Origin: Spirochaetia bacterium
GTDB lineage: Bacteria > Spirochaetota > Spirochaetia > CADAEX01
NCBI GenBank assembly: GCA_963662795.1
Contig: OY759746.1
Coordinates: 3,712,001-3,776,000 of the forward strand
Reading direction: 5' to 3'
DNA length: 64,000 nt
The notes under the pieces: generated by a model
Database searches by the model: none
Seen by the model: the letters and a program-made list of their open reading frames with translations, nothing else
Told to the model about the DNA's origin: nothing
Position numbers and translations under genes: made by a program
Part shown: piece by piece, positions 20,271 to 29,592 of the stretch
How positions within the stretch are numbered: position 1 is the stretch's first letter
Layout of the letters: the number at the start of each line of letters is the position of its first letter

Positions 20271-20900
20271 ATGAAAAAGGAATACAGGGATCTGATAGAG
20301 CTTGGTAAATATCTTGTTAAATACCGCTACGCCAGCGGATCTGCCGGCAATATTTCACTCAAAATGGATAACGGTTATGTGCTTGCATCCCCGACCAATT
20401 CACATCTGGGATCACTTTCTAAAAAGGATTTATCCCTTCTGGATGACAAAGGGAACCACATTTCCGGGCTAAAGCCTACCAAGGAAATTGAACTGCACCT
20501 TTCAATTTACAGAAGCAGAAAAGAGACCAATGCGGTGATCCATCTTCATTCAACATATCTTACAGCGTTTTCATGTCTGGAAGGACTTGACCGGTCAAGT
20601 GTGCTGAAGCCCATAACGCCCTATGTTTTAATGAAAACCGGAGATATCCCGCTTATTCCTTATTTCAAGCCGGGTTCAATAGAAATTGCGCGGAAGATAG
20701 AATCCCTTGCAGCCGGCCACTCATCATTTCTCCTTGCAAACCACGGAATAGTTGTCAGCGGCAGGACAACAACTGAGGCATGCTATAATTTCGAGGAAAT
20801 TGAAGAAACTGCGAAGCTGCACTTTCTGCTTAAGAATGAGAAGATAAACTATCTTACAGATGATGATGTATCAGCTCTGCGCAGGAGGGCTTTCAAATGA
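20271..20900 (+). CDS. otnC: class II aldolase family, 3-oxo-tetronate 4-phosphate decarboxylase-like
   Basis: GSAGNIS, SPTNS.LG, KPTKE..LH, VIHLHSTY, PITPY..M, LLANHG, EE.EETAKL; coupled to otnK. Confidence 0.8.
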   Translation: MKKEYRDLIELGKYLVKYRYASGSAGNISLKMDNGYVLASPTNSHLGSLSKKDLSLLDDKGNHISGLKPTKEIELHLSIYRSRKETNAVIHLHSTYLTAFSCLEGLDRSSVLKPITPYVLMKTGDIPLIPYFKPGSIEIARKIESLAAGHSSFLLANHGIVVSGRTTTEACYNFEEIEETAKLHFLLKNEKINYLTDDDVSALRRRAFK

Positions 20901-22153
20901 GTGATCCGCTTTTCGGCTGTGTCGCAGATGATTTTACCGGAGCAAGTGATGCTGCTTCCTTTTTCCTTGCGGGAGGTCTTAAAACCCTTTTGCTTAACGG
21001 CATACCTTCCGGATCCGGAGACCGTCCTGACGGTATCCAGGCGATCGTTATTGCCCTGAAATCCCGGACACAGGAAAGCTCAATTGCTGTCAGAGATTCA
21101 CTTGAGGCTTTTGCGATGCTGAAAAAGATTGGATGCAGACAGCTTTATTTCAAGTACTGCTCAACCTTTGACTCAACACCGGAAGGTAATATCGGACCTG
21201 TCATAGACGCAGTTCTGGATAAATACAAACTGCCCTATACAATAATCTGCCCCGCCCTGCCGGTAAATAAACGTACTGTAAAAAACGGACATCTTTTTGT
21301 AAACGGAGTTCCGCTGCATAAAAGCCCGATGAAAGACCATCCGCTTACCCCCATGTGGGATTCCGACCTTAATAACCTTATCGCGGCCCAGGGTAAATAC
21401 AGGAGCTTTAATCTTGACTACAGACTTCTTGAAAAAAACAGGGTCGAAATATTTGAGAAGATATTCAATTTCAGATCTTCAATAGGCGGCAGACCTTTTT
21501 ATATTATTACAGATTATTTTAATGAAAACCACGCTGTAATTATCGCAGACCTTTTCAGAAACCATCCGTTTTTGACAGGAGGTTCAGGTCTCCCTTTCGC
21601 CCTTGCCAGGCAGAATGCGGCACAGGATAAAGCTGCTTTAAAAAACAATTTAAGCAGAGGGACTGAAGGAAGCACTCTCCTTCTTGCAGGAAGCTGCTCA
21701 ACAGCAACAAGAGGGCAGATTGCAGACTTTAAGAAAAATAAAGGTGTTTCAATTGAACTTGATCTTCCGCGTCTCTTAAAAGGGGAAATCGACAGCAGCT
21801 TTTATTCAGATTTCCTCAAGGTCAATAAAGGGCGCGACGTTCTTATACACACCCCCTCAGAAATCAGAAGCAGCGGTACCCCTGTTTCAGAATTACTTGA
21901 AAATACTATAGCCGGGATAGCATATAACGCTGTCGAAAATGGAATCAGAAAAATTGTTACAGCAGGGGGAGAAACATCCGGAGCTGTTGCCGGGAGACTT
22001 GGTTTTAATTCATATTTAATCGCAGGGAGTGTCGCGCCCGGGGTACCGGTGCTGATCCCTGTTGAAAAAGATGTTATGAGGATTATTTACAAATCAGGCA
22101 ATTTCGGCCAGGAGGATTTTTTCACAAGGGCAATTGAAGCTGTCGGAAAATAG
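20897..22153 (+). CDS. otnK: four-carbon acid sugar kinase (DUF1537), 3-oxo-tetronate kinase-like
   Basis: VADDFTGASD, ALKSRT, FKYCSTFDST.EGNIGP, MKDHPLTPM.DS, GSCS.AT, AGGETSGAV, KSGNFG. Confidence 0.9.
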   Translation: MSDPLFGCVADDFTGASDAASFFLAGGLKTLLLNGIPSGSGDRPDGIQAIVIALKSRTQESSIAVRDSLEAFAMLKKIGCRQLYFKYCSTFDSTPEGNIGPVIDAVLDKYKLPYTIICPALPVNKRTVKNGHLFVNGVPLHKSPMKDHPLTPMWDSDLNNLIAAQGKYRSFNLDYRLLEKNRVEIFEKIFNFRSSIGGRPFYIITDYFNENHAVIIADLFRNHPFLTGGSGLPFALARQNAAQDKAALKNNLSRGTEGSTLLLAGSCSTATRGQIADFKKNKGVSIELDLPRLLKGEIDSSFYSDFLKVNKGRDVLIHTPSEIRSSGTPVSELLENTIAGIAYNAVENGIRKIVTAGGETSGAVAGRLGFNSYLIAGSVAPGVPVLIPVEKDVMRIIYKSGNFGQEDFFTRAIEAVGK

Positions 22154-22160
22154 TTCAGGG

Positions 22161-23570
22161 TTATTCAAGCAAAAAGGATTCAACAAGGTTCAGTTCACCC
22201 TCTTTTATATCTGCCTTTCCGCGATTGTCCCTGTAAATAATCTGTCCCTTGCTGTAATAATCAATACGTATTGTATGTTCACCCGGGGGGAGGGTAATAT
22301 CAGCTACCCTTGCATAAGCAGGGAAATAGGGAGAAATGCGCAAATCAGCATTCTCTGTCGCATCAACGGCAATGTCGGCAGTAACCCCCAATAATAAGTC
22401 CAGGAAAGGGTTCCCGCCTGTAATTGATTCGCTGGCCTGTTTTTTACCTGATTCTTTCAGCATATTTTTAACAACAGTCCGGATAACTGTTTTACCAATA
22501 ACCAGAGGCTGTTTGATCAGAAAAATCTCCTGTGATATTTTTTCCATATTTTCCAGCAGGTCAAGGCTTTCACTGATTTTATCATCGATTACAATATCAA
22601 CCCTGTCCACTTCGCTGCCCATCATTTTCATTTTCGGATACTGGAATTTGAAATGAAATCCCCCTTTTAATCCAGGCATATAAATATTATTGAAACCTAC
22701 AACGCTCTTTACATATTCCTCATCCTGGCTGGTTGCGACTATCCATACTACATCCGGGGTTGTCTGAAGATAAAAAGTTTCAGCCAGTTTTCTTGGAGAA
22801 TTACCTGAAAAAGCTATAACTGAGAGATGGGCCTTTTCCCTGTCCATACTCAGAAGAGGGATTTCAGGCTTTTTAAACGGATAAAGCTGACTCTGGAGTT
22901 TAAAAGCTTTTTCTATCTCTTCACTTTCGATCCTCGCACTGTCAAACTTCCCTTCCATACGGTATAGAAGAAGACCCAGATAACGCGCCAGGGCATCATT
23001 GTGAAACCTGTTTTTACGGGGAACTATCTCACCTTCAGGATTTTCTGAAGTATTGTGGATTTCAATCAATTCACGGTACTTGTCTTCAAGGATGTTGAGT
23101 TTTATATGAACTCTCCTGATTTCTACAAGTGCGCTGTCCATTTCGTTAAGAGCGATATAGTTTAGGGCTTTAAAAATGTTCAGATAAATATCTTCATAAT
23201 CTTCACCACTGTAATCAAGGGCATTATCATTTAATACACCTGAGACAAGAGCTTTAGAAACACTTTTAGTATAAAGTTCCTCAATCGCGTCTTCTGCTGC
23301 TGACAGGGCAATATTGCTCTTTTCATATTCGCCGCTGAAATGGTAAAGCATACCTGTATCCAGAAAATACAGCACACGGTCTTTTTCTTTATAGCTTATC
23401 TCTTTTTGTGATTCTATGATTTTTCCGGCCGCTGCAAAATTCCTTCGCTTAAAGAATTCCGCAGCTTCCTGATACTGACTCTGGCTCGTTCTTGTGCTGG
23501 CGCATGATGCAGAGAAAATAATAATAACTAAAATTAAAAAATAATATTTTTTCTGCACCTGCATTTCCAT
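22161..23570 (-). CDS. COG3014-type TPR lipoprotein
   Basis: Lipobox SASC; KDRVLYFLDTGML.H..G.Y..SN, Y.GEDYE.IY, ENADLR; downstream of LpoB-like gene. Confidence 0.8.
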   Translation of the reverse strand: MEMQVQKKYYFLILVIIIFSASCASTRTSQSQYQEAAEFFKRRNFAAAGKIIESQKEISYKEKDRVLYFLDTGMLYHFSGEYEKSNIALSAAEDAIEELYTKSVSKALVSGVLNDNALDYSGEDYEDIYLNIFKALNYIALNEMDSALVEIRRVHIKLNILEDKYRELIEIHNTSENPEGEIVPRKNRFHNDALARYLGLLLYRMEGKFDSARIESEEIEKAFKLQSQLYPFKKPEIPLLSMDREKAHLSVIAFSGNSPRKLAETFYLQTTPDVVWIVATSQDEEYVKSVVGFNNIYMPGLKGGFHFKFQYPKMKMMGSEVDRVDIVIDDKISESLDLLENMEKISQEIFLIKQPLVIGKTVIRTVVKNMLKESGKKQASESITGGNPFLDLLLGVTADIAVDATENADLRISPYFPAYARVADITLPPGEHTIRIDYYSKGQIIYRDNRGKADIKEGELNLVESFLLE

Positions 23571-23584
23571 AGTTCCAGAATTTA

Positions 23585-24202
23585 TTACCAACCGGCTTTT
23601 GATTTCTTGATAAACTTTTTAACCTCTTTGGAACCAATCCAGACTTTTTCTGTGCTCTCAAGATTTACAAGTTCCAGATCTACCTGATAAAGAACTACTT
23701 TTTTCCCTTCAATCGCGTCTGTTACGGAGTTTATCTGTCCCTGCATCATGAAATCCGCACCTGTCTCTGCCGCAAGAGCCTTGGCTGTTTCAGGAGTTGC
23801 AAATATCTGCTGTTCTTTTTTCTCTGCCCTGACATCTGCCCTCTCGTCTTTGGCCGCAACAAACCTTACCCTGCCGCTGTTGATAAGTTCACGCTCAATA
23901 TCCTTTGTAAAAACTTCAGTCGCAATATGCTCTGAACTTTTATTGCGTACAGCCCCTACTATTACAACAGGATTCTGTCCGTTTTTACCGACAAAATTCA
24001 TAATCCATGGCCGTGAAAGTGAATCCTTTACCATCTCTTCCGCTACAAGCCTTGAATCTGTATCATTCCATCTTCCGCTTAAATCAATAACTTCATCAGA
24101 TTCAGTTCTTTCAACTTTGACAGAAGCACATGAAGCAAGCAGTAAAACTGCTAAAATTCCGGTAAAAAATACTTTTCCTGATATAGCTGATTTTATTCTC
24201 AT
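23585..24202 (-). CDS. LpoB-like (COG3417) lipoprotein
   Basis: Lipobox LASC; DLSGRWNDTDSRLVAEEM, VRNKSSEHI, GADFMMQG, YQVDLEL. Confidence 0.85.
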   Translation of the reverse strand: MRIKSAISGKVFFTGILAVLLLASCASVKVERTESDEVIDLSGRWNDTDSRLVAEEMVKDSLSRPWIMNFVGKNGQNPVVIVGAVRNKSSEHIATEVFTKDIERELINSGRVRFVAAKDERADVRAEKKEQQIFATPETAKALAAETGADFMMQGQINSVTDAIEGKKVVLYQVDLELVNLESTEKVWIGSKEVKKFIKKSKAGW

Positions 24203-24286
24203 CTGTTTAACTCCTTAATATTTTTTAATACATCAATATTATAAACTTCATTATCCAATATTTCCATAAGGCAGTAAAATTCTTTT

Positions 24287-25537
24287 TTAGTCAAGAAGAC
24301 AGCATATTACCTTGTCTATCCTCTTGATGCGGTTACTTAAATCCTTTCTCTCCCCCTCACTTAATCCCTGAGGGGAGGAGTTTTTAATCTTATCAAGAAG
24401 TATTTCAACGCTGTCAACCGCTTCTTTCAGGGAAAGATCATCATCCATCCCTCTTTTGAATACAGGTTCCAAATCTGCAATCAGTAATTCTGTTTTTTTA
24501 TTTCCCGGCAGAGTTTTTAGAACGTTATCAGGGACAGCAAGAAGTTCTGCAATTTTCCCCTTAAGGCTTTTCAGACGGAGGGAAGCATTGTTCATATTTC
24601 CAATGCTGAAATCAAGTTTTTTCCTGTAATGCTTTGTTGCGGTAAGGAAAAATCTGAGTTCGATTGGGAAGTACCCGGATTCATAAACACCTTCAGGATA
24701 GAGGATATTGCCTCTGCTTTTTGACATGGACCTGCCGTCTATCAGGAGATGCTCACCATGGAGATAATAGTTTGCATACTCCTTTCCTGTATAGGATTCC
24801 ATCACAGCAATGTTGTAATCATGGTGCCGGTAAATATTATCAATACCGCCGCAATTAATATCAACCTGCTCCCCCAGATGTTTTACAATCATGGCAGGGT
24901 CCTGAACGTTCCAGGAAGGCCTTCCCCTTCCTATAGAAGTATCCCAGAAATGAACATGTTCACCCCTGTCCGCATGCCAAAGGATGAAATCGCCCTTATT
25001 CCACCGGTTGCCGTTATATGTGTCCCTGCGGAAACGGACCTTCTTTTCAGGCCACTTGTTCATATCAAGACCGAAAAGTTTCCCAAATCCGGAAAAAGTA
25101 AGCGGATCAAAGAACACATCCTTACCGTAGTAATAGGCATGTCCCTTTTGTATAAGTGTTTGAATTATCTCAACCGCTTCAGAAACACTGCCTGAAGAAG
25201 TGGGTATTACATCGGGAAGCTTTATCCTTAAATCATTGGATTCACTGTAAAAATGATCTGCCGCAGCTGAAGTTATTTCTTCAATTTTCAGCTCCCGGGT
25301 AAGAGATTCCTCGATTGTCTTATCCTCAAGATCTGTAAAATTTATTATCCTCTTTACATCATAACCGAGGTATTCAAGATAACGGATCAGAATATCTTCA
25401 TAGAGAAATGTCCTGTAATTGCCTATATGAGGTCTTCTGTATATTGAAGGGCCGCAGGTAAAAACCTTTACCTTTCCCGATTCCCGGGATTTGAATAATT
25501 CACTCTGCCCGCTCATGCTGTTTTTAAGTTTTAACAA
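24287..25537 (-). CDS. cysteinyl-tRNA synthetase-like class I ligase (divergent paralog)
   Basis: TTG start after AGAAGG (LKLKNSMS ~ LKIFNTL); FTCGPSIY..PHIGNYR, NFTDLEDK, DFILW, GRPSW, SMSKS.GN; altered Zn ligands; ends at DALR-like helices. Confidence 0.85.
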   Translation of the reverse strand: MLKLKNSMSGQSELFKSRESGKVKVFTCGPSIYRRPHIGNYRTFLYEDILIRYLEYLGYDVKRIINFTDLEDKTIEESLTRELKIEEITSAAADHFYSESNDLRIKLPDVIPTSSGSVSEAVEIIQTLIQKGHAYYYGKDVFFDPLTFSGFGKLFGLDMNKWPEKKVRFRRDTYNGNRWNKGDFILWHADRGEHVHFWDTSIGRGRPSWNVQDPAMIVKHLGEQVDINCGGIDNIYRHHDYNIAVMESYTGKEYANYYLHGEHLLIDGRSMSKSRGNILYPEGVYESGYFPIELRFFLTATKHYRKKLDFSIGNMNNASLRLKSLKGKIAELLAVPDNVLKTLPGNKKTELLIADLEPVFKRGMDDDLSLKEAVDSVEILLDKIKNSSPQGLSEGERKDLSNRIKRIDKVICCLLD

Positions 25538-25628
25538 TGTATACCTTCTGCAAGTAAAAAAGTTTCTATAAAAAGATACCAAAGATAAGCTCACCCGGCA
25601 ACGGATATTGATGCAGTTTTAAGGCAGA

Positions 25629-25657
25629 TTGACAATTGCACCTAACATGATTACTTT
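25629..25657 (+). promoter_or_regulatory. sigma70-like promoter, probably leaderless transcript of the methyltransferase
   Basis: TTGACA(25629)-17 nt-TACTTT(25652); ATG 25665 lies 7 nt downstream. Confidence 0.55.
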
Positions 25658-25664
25658 ACATATC

Positions 25665-26267
25665 ATGCGGAATGAAGAAAAAATAAAAAACCACTACTAT
25701 CCCCGGCTTGAAAATTTCAGGGAAACACATAAAATTCTGGATTGGGAAAGCAGGGAGGCCCAGTTTGCAAGATTCGAGGTGCTTACGAGGCATGTATCTC
25801 TTGACGGAAAATCTGTACTTGATGCAGGGTGCGGCTGCGGCGATCTTTTTTCAATGCTTAAAGAAAGAGGGATTATAGTATCCTACACAGGGGTTGATAT
25901 CCTTCCGGCAATGATTGAAAAAGCACAGTCTCTTCATGACGACGGGCAATTCCTCTGCGGGGATCTCTTTGGTGAAGAACCTGTATGCACGGAAAAATTT
26001 GACGTGGTTTTTACATCGGGAATATTCAATCTCAATCTCGGTAATAATGCCGCATTCTTTGACGCGGCTCTTCCTGTTCTGCACAGGCTTGCAAGGGAAA
26101 CGCTTGTCATAAACCTGCTTGATGAGGCAAGTCCGGACAGGGATAATAATTACTTTTATTTTAATCCTGAAGATACAAAAGCAAAAATGGAATCTATCGG
26201 CAGACAGGTTACAATAGTCAAAGATTACCTTTTAAACGATTTTACCCTTATAGGTATCCTTCAGTAG
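25665..26267 (+). CDS. class I SAM-dependent methyltransferase
   Basis: WESREAQFARF, VLDAGCGCGDL, YTGVDI, FDVVFTSGIFN. Confidence 0.9.
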   Translation: MRNEEKIKNHYYPRLENFRETHKILDWESREAQFARFEVLTRHVSLDGKSVLDAGCGCGDLFSMLKERGIIVSYTGVDILPAMIEKAQSLHDDGQFLCGDLFGEEPVCTEKFDVVFTSGIFNLNLGNNAAFFDAALPVLHRLARETLVINLLDEASPDRDNNYFYFNPEDTKAKMESIGRQVTIVKDYLLNDFTLIGILQ

Positions 26268-26305
26268 TTAAACTAATTATCAGGATATGCACTGCTAAAT
26301 CTATA

Positions 26306-26950
26306 TCAAAGAGACCTGCATATCATTACTGCAAAATGCATACTGAAATTTATTTTGTCCGCCCCTTTTATCAGCAGTCTCTGTTCTTTCAGCAATTCCA
26401 TATTGTTATTTTTAAGCAGATTATTAATATAAAGCGGAGAATGCCTGAATATCGGTACGCCCCAGTCTGTATCTTCCCTCAAGAAATCTGCAGGCAGCCC
26501 GTGGGGAGCAAAGGAAAAAGCAATGATTCCTCCGCTTCTGACTACCCTTTTGATCTCTGAAAAGATTTGAGTTAAATCATCAACAAAATGAAGTACACCG
26601 CAGCAGACAGCATGATCAAAAAATCCTTTCCGGTACGGTATTTTTTCCCTTGCAATATCGAACAGGCTGAGTTCTTCAGTAAAAGATTTCGCTTTACAGG
26701 CATCAAGCATATCCTGTGAGTAATCCAGACCATAGACTTTAAGCCCTGTTTCCGCAAAATGGATGGAAGCCAAACCGGTTCCGATACCGATATCCAGAAG
26801 CTTTTCGCCGGGATTTATATATTCATAACTCATTCCAAATATAACTTCATGACCATAGCTGTTATATGCTCTGACTTCTTTGTCATAATTATCTGCGAAT
26901 TCCCTGTACTGCAGCTCTTTTTGTTTCTGACTCACTATAACTTCTTCCAT
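26306..26950 (-). CDS. class I SAM-dependent methyltransferase
   Basis: LLDIGIGTGL, YGLDYSQDML, FDHAVCCGVLHF, RVVRSGG. Confidence 0.9.
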   Translation of the reverse strand: MEEVIVSQKQKELQYREFADNYDKEVRAYNSYGHEVIFGMSYEYINPGEKLLDIGIGTGLASIHFAETGLKVYGLDYSQDMLDACKAKSFTEELSLFDIAREKIPYRKGFFDHAVCCGVLHFVDDLTQIFSEIKRVVRSGGIIAFSFAPHGLPADFLREDTDWGVPIFRHSPLYINNLLKNNNMELLKEQRLLIKGADKINFSMHFAVMICRSL

Positions 26951-27101
26951 ATATTCAGATTTGATTTAAAATAATCTTAAATATTAAGGCTGAAGTAATT
27001 ATATTACAGTTTACCGATATTTGGAACTTAAGAAGTTTATATAAAAATCTTTTTTCCGGAGTACAGTCTTGACATAATAAAAATTAGATAAGATATTAAA
27101 T

Positions 27102-27127
27102 AACAAACCTGTTTTCATATGAGGAAC
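27102..27127 (+). promoter_or_regulatory. candidate IclR/KdgR operator upstream of iclR (autoregulation)
   Basis: AACAAACCTGTTTTCATATGAGGAAC, 19/26 identical to the site at 27955; downstream of TTGACA at 27069. Confidence 0.55.
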
Positions 27128-27132
27128 ATACA

Positions 27133-27891
27133 ATGAGCACCGATTACCAGATACCGATAATGATTAAAACAATGAAAGTAATTGATATTATTTCAGAAAA
27201 CAAGGATGGACTGACTTTCTCGGAAATTCTCCGTCATCTGAAATATCCAAAGACAACACTGTTCAGAATACTACAGACACTGGAATCACAGAACTGGATT
27301 TCAAAAAAATCTGATCATTATACTCTTGGATACATGGTCATCCATTATGGCCTTGCAGGTTTATCAGGAAGAGACATCAGGAGAATATCTCTTCCTTACC
27401 TTGAAGAACTGCGTGAACTTACGACAGAGACTACTCATCTTGCAGTTCTTTCAGGAAGAAAGAGCATGATAATTGAGATTATAGACAGTCAAAAACATAT
27501 AAAACCCTCGTCCCCGATGGGATCTCTCATAGATCTTTACTGTTCTGCACATGGAAAAGTCTTTTTAGCATATAAAATAAAGGAAGATCTGGAATCCTTC
27601 TATAAAAATACAGAACTGGTCAAAAGGACATCACATACTATTACGGATATACCGTCACTTATGGAAGAAACAAGAAAAATCCTGAAAAACGGCTATGCTG
27701 TGGATGATATGGAATATTATGATGATGTTCGGTGCCTGGCCGCACCGGTCTGGGGGAAAGACAACGAAGTTGTGGGAGCAGTGGGAATAACTGCTACCAC
27801 CAGGGACTTTACCAGGGATCTCATTCCGGTCATGGCAAAGCATGTAATATCTGCATCCCGTAATATTTCAAGGGAAATGGGCAGTATCTGA
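27133..27891 (+). CDS. IclR family (KdgR-like) transcriptional regulator
   Basis: HTH PKTTLFRILQTL; LYCSAHGKVFLA, GYAVDD.E....RCLAAP. Confidence 0.93.
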   Translation: MSTDYQIPIMIKTMKVIDIISENKDGLTFSEILRHLKYPKTTLFRILQTLESQNWISKKSDHYTLGYMVIHYGLAGLSGRDIRRISLPYLEELRELTTETTHLAVLSGRKSMIIEIIDSQKHIKPSSPMGSLIDLYCSAHGKVFLAYKIKEDLESFYKNTELVKRTSHTITDIPSLMEETRKILKNGYAVDDMEYYDDVRCLAAPVWGKDNEVVGAVGITATTRDFTRDLIPVMAKHVISASRNISREMGSI

Positions 27892-27912
27892 CTTACTCGG
27901 ATTAATTTTTAA

Positions 27913-27980
27913 TTGACAGCCCGGAGAAACTGAATTATCCTGAATTAATATATTATGAAACCTATTTTCAAATAGGAAAC
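27913..27980 (+). promoter_or_regulatory. promoter and KdgR-like operator of the TRAP-kduID operon
   Basis: TTGACA(27913)-17 nt-TATCCT(27936); ATGAAACCTATTTTCAAAT(27955) resembles the enterobacterial KdgR box TGAAAC-n-TTTCA. Confidence 0.6.
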
Positions 27981-27991
27981 CAGGAGGTTTT

Positions 27992-29023
27992 ATGAAAAAA
28001 TTATTTTCACTATCCCTGATACTTGTGTTTTCTTCAGTATTACTCTTTGCGGGCGGAAGCAAGGAACCTGCAGCTGAGAAAATGGAAAAAAAAGAAGAAT
28101 CAAAAATCTATGTCTTCAAATATTCCAATTCACAGTCTGATAAAGCCCCGCGCAGCAAATCCATGCTTTTCTTCAAGGATACACTGGAAAAAGCAAGCAA
28201 TGGCCGGATACAGGTTGAATTGTATTTTAACGGTGTACTTGGAACCGAGGCAGAGGTTTTTGAAATGGTACAGCTGGGGACAGTACAGGGATGCCGCGGC
28301 GGGCTGTTTGAAAGGGCAAATAAAAAATTCCTGCTATATACTCTGCCTTTCATGTTTGAAAACGCGGAACAGGTTGTTAAGGTCATGAGAAGCGATTTTG
28401 GACAGAAGATCAATAAAGGCGCACTCGCCAATGGAGTTTATATTCCGGCAACAGGTGTCGCAGGCGGGATGAGAAATATAACAAACAGCGCGCGTCCGAT
28501 AAAAACCCCAGCTGACCTTGCAGGACTCAAGATGAGAACTCCCCCAATTGAATCCACTCTCCTGACTTTTCAGGCACTGGGAGCAAATCCACAACAGGTA
28601 GCATATACAGAAACCTATATGGCTCTTAAAAGCGGTGTAGTAGACGGACAGGAAAATCCATATTCGAATGCAGTTGATATGAAGTTTTATGAAGCACAGA
28701 AATATCTGTCTGTAGTTAACTGGCAGGTACATCCGGATCCTTTTTATGTCAATCCTGACTGGTACAACAGCCTTCCCGCAGACCTGAAAGCTGTTTTCAA
28801 TTCAGTTGCCGAAGCTACCATGCAGTACAGCGATACAATCTGGCTTAATTCTGAAGAAGGTTATTTTAACATTCTAAAGGAAAAACTGGCAGTTAATACT
28901 ATAACTCCCGAGGCAAGGGCACAGTTTGTAAACAAAGTACAAAGTGTATGGAAATATTATACTGATAAAAATTATTTCACACAGGCAGAAATTGACGAAG
29001 CTCTTGCTATTGCTTCTAAATAA
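27992..29023 (+). CDS. dctP: TRAP transporter substrate-binding protein (DctP family)
   Basis: Spirochaete-type signal LFAGGSKE; GLKMRTP, E.Y.ALKSGVVDGQENP, KFYEAQKY. Confidence 0.93.
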   Translation: MKKLFSLSLILVFSSVLLFAGGSKEPAAEKMEKKEESKIYVFKYSNSQSDKAPRSKSMLFFKDTLEKASNGRIQVELYFNGVLGTEAEVFEMVQLGTVQGCRGGLFERANKKFLLYTLPFMFENAEQVVKVMRSDFGQKINKGALANGVYIPATGVAGGMRNITNSARPIKTPADLAGLKMRTPPIESTLLTFQALGANPQQVAYTETYMALKSGVVDGQENPYSNAVDMKFYEAQKYLSVVNWQVHPDPFYVNPDWYNSLPADLKAVFNSVAEATMQYSDTIWLNSEEGYFNILKEKLAVNTITPEARAQFVNKVQSVWKYYTDKNYFTQAEIDEALAIASK

Positions 29024-29050
29024 TATATTTTAGCAGGTATAGCAAAATCC

Positions 29051-29085
29051 GGCAGAACAGGATTAATACTGTTCTGCCTTTCTTT
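29051..29085 (+). terminator. stem-loop after dctP (partial terminator/mRNA stabiliser)
   Basis: GGCAGAACAG-8 nt-CTGTTCTGCC-TTTCTTT. Confidence 0.7.
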
Positions 29086-29097
29086 AAGGACTGAAAC

Positions 29098-29592
29098 ATG
29101 AACTGGTTGCCAAATATTGAAAAAACAGCTGAAAGTATTATTGATTTTACAATTTCACTGTTTTTTACTGTTATCCTGGGAACAACAATATCCCTTGTAA
29201 TACTCCGCTATATTTTCAATTCCGGTATTTATGGAGGAAATGAACTGATAAGCTATCTTTTCGTCTATACAACCGCATTGGGAGCCGCAGTATCAATCGG
29301 CAGGGATGAACACATAAAAATTACTGTTTTTGTTAATCTAATGCCAAAGAAATTTCAAAAGATTGTAAATATTTTTTCAGTATTCCTTGTGGCATTTTTG
29401 AATCTTATACTTATTTTTTTAAGCATCCCATGGATTAAAAAAGTCGGCAATTTTGAATCTCCGACGCTGAGAATACCCAATGCCTGGGTACAGTTCGGCG
29501 TTCCCCTTGGGTGCGCAGCCGCAGTTATTTTTTGCATTTTCCGTATTATACATATTTTCAAGGGGGATAATAATGCAGATTCTATTAATTAG
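29098..29592 (+). CDS. dctQ: TRAP small permease
   Basis: 4 TM; VILRYIFN, ELISYLFVY...LGA, EHIKI, SPTLRIP. Confidence 0.92.
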   Translation: MNWLPNIEKTAESIIDFTISLFFTVILGTTISLVILRYIFNSGIYGGNELISYLFVYTTALGAAVSIGRDEHIKITVFVNLMPKKFQKIVNIFSVFLVAFLNLILIFLSIPWIKKVGNFESPTLRIPNAWVQFGVPLGCAAAVIFCIFRIIHIFKGDNNADSIN

